The notes beneath the pieces were generated by a model, which worked only from the letters and a program-made list of their open reading frames with translations, did no database searches and was not told the origin of the DNA. DNA of 64,000 nt from Ranitomeya imitator (Eukaryota): contig NC_091283.1 in the NCBI RefSeq assembly GCF_032444005.1, forward strand, positions 297,352,001 to 297,416,000, in the 5' to 3' direction. The position numbers were made by a program, and so were the translations under genes. This document shows positions 57,790 to 64,000 of the stretch, piece after piece (within the stretch, counting starts at the first letter, position 1; each line of letters opens with the position of its first letter).

Positions 57790-59400
57790 GTAGCAGAAGG
57801 TACAAGAAGGCTGAGAAAATCCCGAGAACCAGCTGATGGAACTGGAACTCGGATGGCTACCCGAAGGTCCAAGAGCCAATGGAACTACCGAGGACCAGTT
57901 GACGTTACTGGAACCCGGTTACTAAGCAGGAGGTACCCGTGCTAAAAAGCACTACCAAGGACTGCCTGACGTTGGCGGAACTCGGATACCCAGAAGGAGG
58001 CACCTAAGCCAAAGGCTCTGCCCGGAACCAGCTGACGGTACTGGAACCAGGATGGGGAGCAGAAGGTACAAGAGCAAAAGACACTGCCGAGAACCAGCTG
58101 ACGGTACTGGAAACCGGATGGGTAGCCGAAGGTCCAAGAGCCAATGGAACTACCGAGGACCAGCTGACGTTACTGGAACCCGGTTACTAAGCAGGAGGTA
58201 CCCGTGCCTGAAAGCACTACCAAGGACCACCTGACGTTGGTGGAACTCGGATACCCAGAAGGAGGCACCTAAGCCAAAGGCTCTGCCCGGAACCAGCTGA
58301 CGGTACTGGAACCAGGATGGGGAGCAGAAGGTACAAGAGCAAAAGACACTGCCGAGAACCAGCTGACGGTACTGGAACCCGGATGCGTTGGCCAACTGTG
58401 CAAGAGCCAATGGCACCGAGGACCAGCTGACGGTGCTGAAACCCGGTTACTAAGCTGTAGGTACCTGCGCTTAAAAGCACTACCAAGGACTGCCTGGCGT
58501 TGGCGGAACTCGGATACCCAGGAGGAGGCACCAAAGCCAAAGGCTCTGCCCGGAACCAGCTGACGGTGCTGGAACCAGGATGTGGACCAGAAGGCCCACA
58601 GGAGAGGAGAGAACAGCTAGGCCATGAGGCAGCCGCAGTTACCGAACACCAACAGTCCTACAGGGGGAGCTTGGCCTACTGGCACTAAAGAACCAGCCTT
58701 GACTGCCAATTCACGCAGCCCACATAGGAAGCTCCTAAACTGGAGGCACCATGGAGTTGGCTAACCCGACCGCAACACGACGGGACAACGTATAGGCGTG
58801 TCAGTGACCTTGACACTACCCGGAACCAGCTCACGGTGCTGGAACCAGGATGCGTTGCCCCAGTGTGCAAGAGCCAATGGCACCGAGGACCAGCTGACGG
58901 TGCTGGAACCCGGTTACTAAGCTGTAGGTACCTGCACTTAAAAGCACTACCAAGGACCGCCTGGCGTTGGCGGAACTCGGTTACCCATGAGGAGGCACGT
59001 AAGCCAAAGGCTCTGCCCGGAACCAGCTGACGGTGCTGGAACCAGGATGTGGACCAGAAGGCCCACAGGAGAGGAGAGAACAGCTAGGCCACGAGGCAGC
59101 TGCAGTTACCGAACACCAACAGTCCTACAGGGGGAGCTTGGCCTACTGGCACTACAGAACCAGCCTTGACTACCAATTCACGCAGCCCACATAGGAAGCT
59201 CCTAAACTGGAGGCACCATGGAGTTGGCTAACCCGACCGCAACACGACGGGACAACGTATAGGCGTCTAAGTGACCCTGACACTACCCGGAACCAGCTGA
59301 CGGTGCTGGAACCAAGCTGGACACGAGGGAGTACCCGTGACAAAGACACTGCCGAGAACCAGCAGACGGTGCTGGAAACCGGATGCGTTGCCTATTCAAG
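57790..59400. repeat. Modular tandem repeat built on GAACCAGCTGACGGTRCTGGAAC
   Basis: The core recurs more than 15 times with a few alternating spacers; larger blocks are duplicated (e.g. ~57900-58200 vs 58200-58500, and 58570-58830 vs 59045-59300). Confidence 0.85.
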
Positions 59401-62400
59401 ATTGTCTTCCTAGAGCCCCAACTAGCGGTGTTGGAGCAAAGGGTAAGCAGGGGGAGCAGAGTGTAGGCCGAAGCCTGCACTGGAGGCAGCTTTGTGTCTG
59501 CGTTGCGTTTGCAGGACACGTTGCCGGCTACACAGCGGGGGAACAGCTGGCGTTGCTGAACCCCACTGACACAATGGCGGGTGTTTTTTTCTGTGCAGCC
59601 TGCACTTCCAGGCACCAACTGGCAGTGTTAGAGCCCAGGGTCTGCAGGAGGAGCAGAGTGTAGGCCGAAGCCTAATTGAACCAATTTCAAAGGTAACCTT
59701 TAACCCACCCTCAGGTGTTACAATGTAGAAGAGCCACACCTTGTGCAGCAGTAAAGCTCCACAAGTGAAAGGTTGCTCTTTAAATTTTGCAAATTGCACA
59801 CGCTGAATGAAACACGTACACAATTTTGACCATTATACAGTAAAACTGTATTGGAGGCGTGACTTGTCTTTGTAAGGAGACGCAGCACAGGTGTCCAAAA
59901 TAACGCCTTGTTGCTGGGCGCATCCTCCTGAGCGTTGTTATTTGCTGTACAGGAGTCTGCGCTCTTGTGTTATCCCTGGGCCATGGCCTGTTAACGCTGC
60001 CCGTCTTATGACCTCATTTCATATTGGCCGGTGCGGTTAACAATGGGCATGAATCCCAGACCCACAGTGTATTTTCATAAAGTCACAGTGCGGGGCTGGG
60101 ATTCGTGGCCTTGTTGCAGTAAATATGTTCGCCGCTCACACATGTCTTTACACCTGCTTCAGGCTGGGTGGCCTCAGCTGATCCCTTATCGCATGCGGCC
60201 ATGAGGCCGCACAGTCTGAAGAAGGCGGAAGGAGATGAGTGAAGACAGGCGAAGATATGCACTGCTCGTGCCCATCAATGACACCCTCGCAGTCAAAATA
60301 TATGAGACAACGAGGGGCGTTGTGTCGGGCAGGGCGGACGCACAGGCACAAGCAGCCAACCAATGATGTCAGAAGACATGCAGCGCTACCAAGGGGGGTG
60401 CTGCCTATCATTACAAAGGAAAGTCACACCTCAGGGACACTGTAATGGTCTCTAATGAGACACATTTTGTACGTGTTGAGTTCCACGTGTGCAAGCAGAA
60501 AAAGTCAGCCACCTTGTACAAATGCAGCATTACTGCTGTACAAGGTGGCTGTTATACATAGAAACACCTGGGGGTGGGTGGCAGGGTCCCTTTAATTTCA
60601 GTTCATGTGCCTGTGTGGCGTTTGCAGGTCACGTTGCCGGCTACACAGCAGGGGAACAGCTGGCGGTGCTGAACCCCAATAACACATTGGCTGGTGTTTT
60701 TCTCTGTGCAGCTAGCACTTCCGGGCAAAAACTAGCGGTGTTAGAGCCCAGGGTCAGCAGGAGGAGGAGAGAGCAGAGTGTAGGCCGAAGCCTGCACTGG
60801 TGGCAGCTTTAGGTCTGTTGTGCCAGCGTGGCTTGTGCTGGACACATTGCCGGCTACACAGCAGGGGAACAGCTAGCGGTGCTGAACCCCACTGACACAT
60901 TGGCGAGTGTTTTTCTCTGTGCAGCTAACACTTCCGGGCTACAACTGGCGGTGTTAGAGCCCAGGGGCAGCAGGAGGAGGAGAGGAGCAGAGTGTAGGCC
61001 GAAGCCTAGTAGAACCAATTTCAAAGGTAACCTTTAACCCCCCCTCAGGTGTTGCAAAGTACAAGAGCCACACCTTGTGCAGCATTAATGCTGCACAAGT
61101 CAAAGGTTGCTCTATGAATTTTTCAACTTGCACACGCACAATGAAACACGAACACAATTTATACCATTATACAGTCAAACTGTAGTGGAGGCGTGATTTG
61201 TCTTTTTATGGAGACGCAGCACAGGTGTCCCAAATAACACCTTGGTGCATGGGTGCAGCTTCCTGAGCGTTATTTGCTGTACAGGAGTCTGCGCTCTTGT
61301 TATCCCTTGGCCATGCGCTGTTAGTGCTGCCTGTCTTCTCACCTCATTTCATGTCGGCCGGTGCGGTTAGCGATGCCCATGAATCCCAGACCCACAGTGT
61401 GTTTTCAAAATATCACACTGCGTTGCTGGGATTCATGGCCTTGTGCAGTAAATATGTTTGCCGCTCACACATGTCCTTACACCTGCTTCAGACTGGGCGG
61501 CCTCATCTGATCCCTTATCGCATGCCTTGGCCATGAGGCCGCCCAGTCTGAAGAAGGCGGAAGGAGATGAGTGAAGACAGGCGAACATATGCACTGCACA
61601 TGCCCATCAATCACACCCTCGCTGTCAAAATAAATAAGACACCGAGGGGCGTTGTTTCGGGCAGGGCGGACGCACAGGCGCAGGCAGCCAACCAATGATG
61701 TCAGAAGACGGGCAGCGCTACCAAGGGGGGTGCTGCGTATCATTAGAAAGGAAAGTCACACCCCAGGGACAGTGGAATGGTCTCTACTGAGACACATTTT
61801 GTACGTGTTGAGTTCCACGTGGGCAAGGAGAAAAAGTCAGCCACCTTGTACAAATGCAGCATTACTGCTGTACAAGGTGGCTGTTATACATAGAAACACC
61901 TGGGGGTGGGGGGCAGGCTCCCTTCAATTTCAGTTCAGGTGCCTGCGTGGCGTTTGCAGGTCACGTTGCCGGCTACACAGCAGGGGAACAGCTGGCGGTG
62001 CTGAACCCCACTGACACATTGACGGGTGTTTTTCTCTATGCAGCTAGCACTTCCGGGCTAAAACTAGCGGTGTTAGAGCCCAGGGTCAGCAGGAGGAGGA
62101 GAGGAGCAGAGTGTAGGCCGAAGCCTGCACTGGTGGCAGCTTTAGGTCTGTTGTGCCAGCGTGGTTTGTGCTGGACACGTTGCCGGCTACACAGCAGGGG
62201 AACAGCTAGCGGTGCTGAACCCCACTAACACATTGGCTGGTGTTTTTCTCTGTGCAGCTAGCACTTCCAGGCTACAACTGGCGGTGTTATAGCCCAGGGG
62301 CAGCAGGAGGAGGAGAGGAGCAGAGTGTATGCCGAAGCCTGCACTGGTGGCAGCTTTTGTTGTGTTGTGCCAGCGTGGCTTGTGCTGGACACTTTGCCGG

Positions 62401-64000
62401 CTACACAGCTGGGGAACAGCTGGCAGTGCTGAACCCCACTAACACATTGGCTGGTGTTTTTCTCTGTGCAGCTAGCAATTCCGGGCTACAACTGGAGGTG
62501 TTATAGCCCAGGGGCAGCAGGAGGAGGAGAGGAGCAGAGTGTAGGCCGAAGCCTAGTTGAACCAATTTCAAAGGTTACCTTTAAACCCCCCCCCGCAGGT
62601 GTTACAAAGTACAAGAGCCACACCTTGTGCAGCATTAATGCTGCACAAGTTAAAGGTTGCTCTATGAATTTTTCAACTTGCACACGCAGAATGAAACACG
62701 TACACAATTTAGCCCATTCAACAGTAAAACTGTATTGGAGGCGTGACTTGTCTTTTTAAGGAGACGCAGCACAGGTGTCCCATATAACACCTTGGTGCAT
62801 GGGCGCAGCTTCCTGAGCGTTGTTATTTGTTGTACAGGAGTCTGCGCTCTTGTGTTATCCCTTGGCAATGCCCTGTGAGCGCTTCCCGTCTTTTGATCTC
62901 ATTTCATGTCGGCCGGTGCAGTTAGCGATGTCCATGAATCCCAGACCCACAGTGTGTTTACAAAAAATCACACTGCGGGGATGGGATTCATGGCCTTGTG
63001 CAGTAAATATGTTCGCCGCTCACACATGTCCTTACACCTGCTTCAGACTGGGCGGCCTCAGCTGATCCCTTATCGCATGCCTTGGCCATGAGGCCGCCCA
63101 GTCTGAAGAAGGCAGAAGGAGATGAGTGAAGACAGGCGAACATATGCACTGCACATGCCCATCAATCACACTCTCGCTGTCAAAATAAATAAGACACCGA
63201 GGGGCGTTGTTTCGGCCATGGCGGACGCACAGGCGCAGCCAGCCAACCAATGATGTCAGAAGACGGGCAGCGCTACCAAGGGGGGTGCTGCGTATCATTA
63301 CAAAGGAAAGTCACACCTCAGGGACAGTGGAATGGTCTCTACTGAGACACATTTTGTACGTGTTGAGTTCCACGTGTGCAAGCAGAAAAAGTCAGCCACC
63401 TTGTACAAATGCAGCATTACTGCTGTACAAGGTGGCTGTTATACATAGAAACACCTGGGGGTGGGTGGCAGGGTCCCTTTAATTTCAGTTCATGTGCCTG
63501 CGTGGCGTTTGCAGGTCACGTTGCCGGCTACACAGCAGGGGAACAGCTGGCGGTGCTGAACCCCACTAACACATTGGCTGGTGTTTTTCTCTGTGCAGCT
63601 AGCACTTCCAGGCTACAACTGGCGGTGTTATAGCCCAGGGGCAGCAGGAGGAGGAGAGGAGTAGAGTGTAGGCCGAAGCCTGCACTGGTGGCAGCTTTTG
63701 TTGTGTTGTGCCAGCGTGGCTTGTGCTGGACACTTTGCCGGCTACACAGCTGGGGAACAGCTGGCGGTGCTGAACCCCACTAACACATTGGCTGGTGTTT
63801 TTCTCTGTGCAGCTAGCACTTCCGGTCTACAACTGGCGGTGTTATACCCCAGGGGCAGCAGGAGGAGGAGAGGAGCAGAGTGTAGGCCGAAGCCTAGTTG
63901 AACCAATTCCAAAGGTTATCTTTAACCCCCCCTCAGGTGTTACAAAGTACAAGAGCCACACCTTCTGCAGCATTAATTCTGCACAAGTAAAAGGTTGCTC
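59400..64000. repeat. Higher-order satellite: ~1.12-kb core plus 1-3 copies of a ~213-bp subunit
   Basis: Marker GAACCAATT at 59678, 61012, 62559 and 63900 (spacings 1334, 1547, 1341); CCGGCTACAC subunit spacing 213-214. Confidence 0.9.

Larger units (their letters stand above)
56777..64000. mobile_element. Probable large hAT-like non-autonomous element hosting satellite arrays (other end outside window)
   Basis: Starts TAGTGTTGAGCGATACC, similar to the hAT MITE termini elsewhere. The link to the downstream arrays is inferred. Confidence 0.45.

Noticed and set aside
57790-59400. CRISPR-like repeat-spacer appearance
   Set aside because: Vertebrate context, spacers are reused rather than unique, repeat length varies, and there are no cas genes.
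60148-63901. Recurrent 60-120 aa ORFs (MIRSTPLGSAA..., AFAGHVAGYTAGEQLAVL...)
   Set aside because: They recur because the satellite unit recurs; stops differ between copies and no domain is recognisable.

Overview
Eukaryotic, repeat-dense vertebrate DNA, almost certainly from a frog (anuran). This is inferred from the FAX/KRAB-like zinc-finger gene architecture, the T2/Kolobok and Harbinger MITEs, a V-type SINE and CR1 tails. There is one apparently intact host gene: a minus-strand FAX/KRAB-A-like C2H2 zinc-finger gene with 6 coding exons (15277-9936, about 643 aa, 13 fingers) and a putative non-coding exon 1/promoter near 25.9 kb. A collinear relic of the 5' end of a second paralog lies at 45.9-53.1 kb and has no visible coding exons. 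The rest is transposable elements and satellites: five different Tc1/mariner elements (one fully intact, 50876-52481); a full-length L1 with a 20-bp target duplication carrying nested Tc1, MITE and CR1 insertions; a CR1 with a stop-free ORF2; decayed piggyBac, Helitron, Gypsy and Penelope coding remnants; solo LTRs; many MITEs; 48-bp, 52-bp and ~380-bp tandem arrays; and a ~1.3-1.5 kb higher-order satellite. The most notable unannotated signal is a cluster of hammerhead-ribozyme motifs in ORF-less Penelope-like fragments in and around the zinc-finger gene. It includes one textbook minimal type I hammerhead (18348-18386, sense to the gene) and a family sharing a non-canonical core. All coordinates and identities were read by eye; no alignments or database searches were run.
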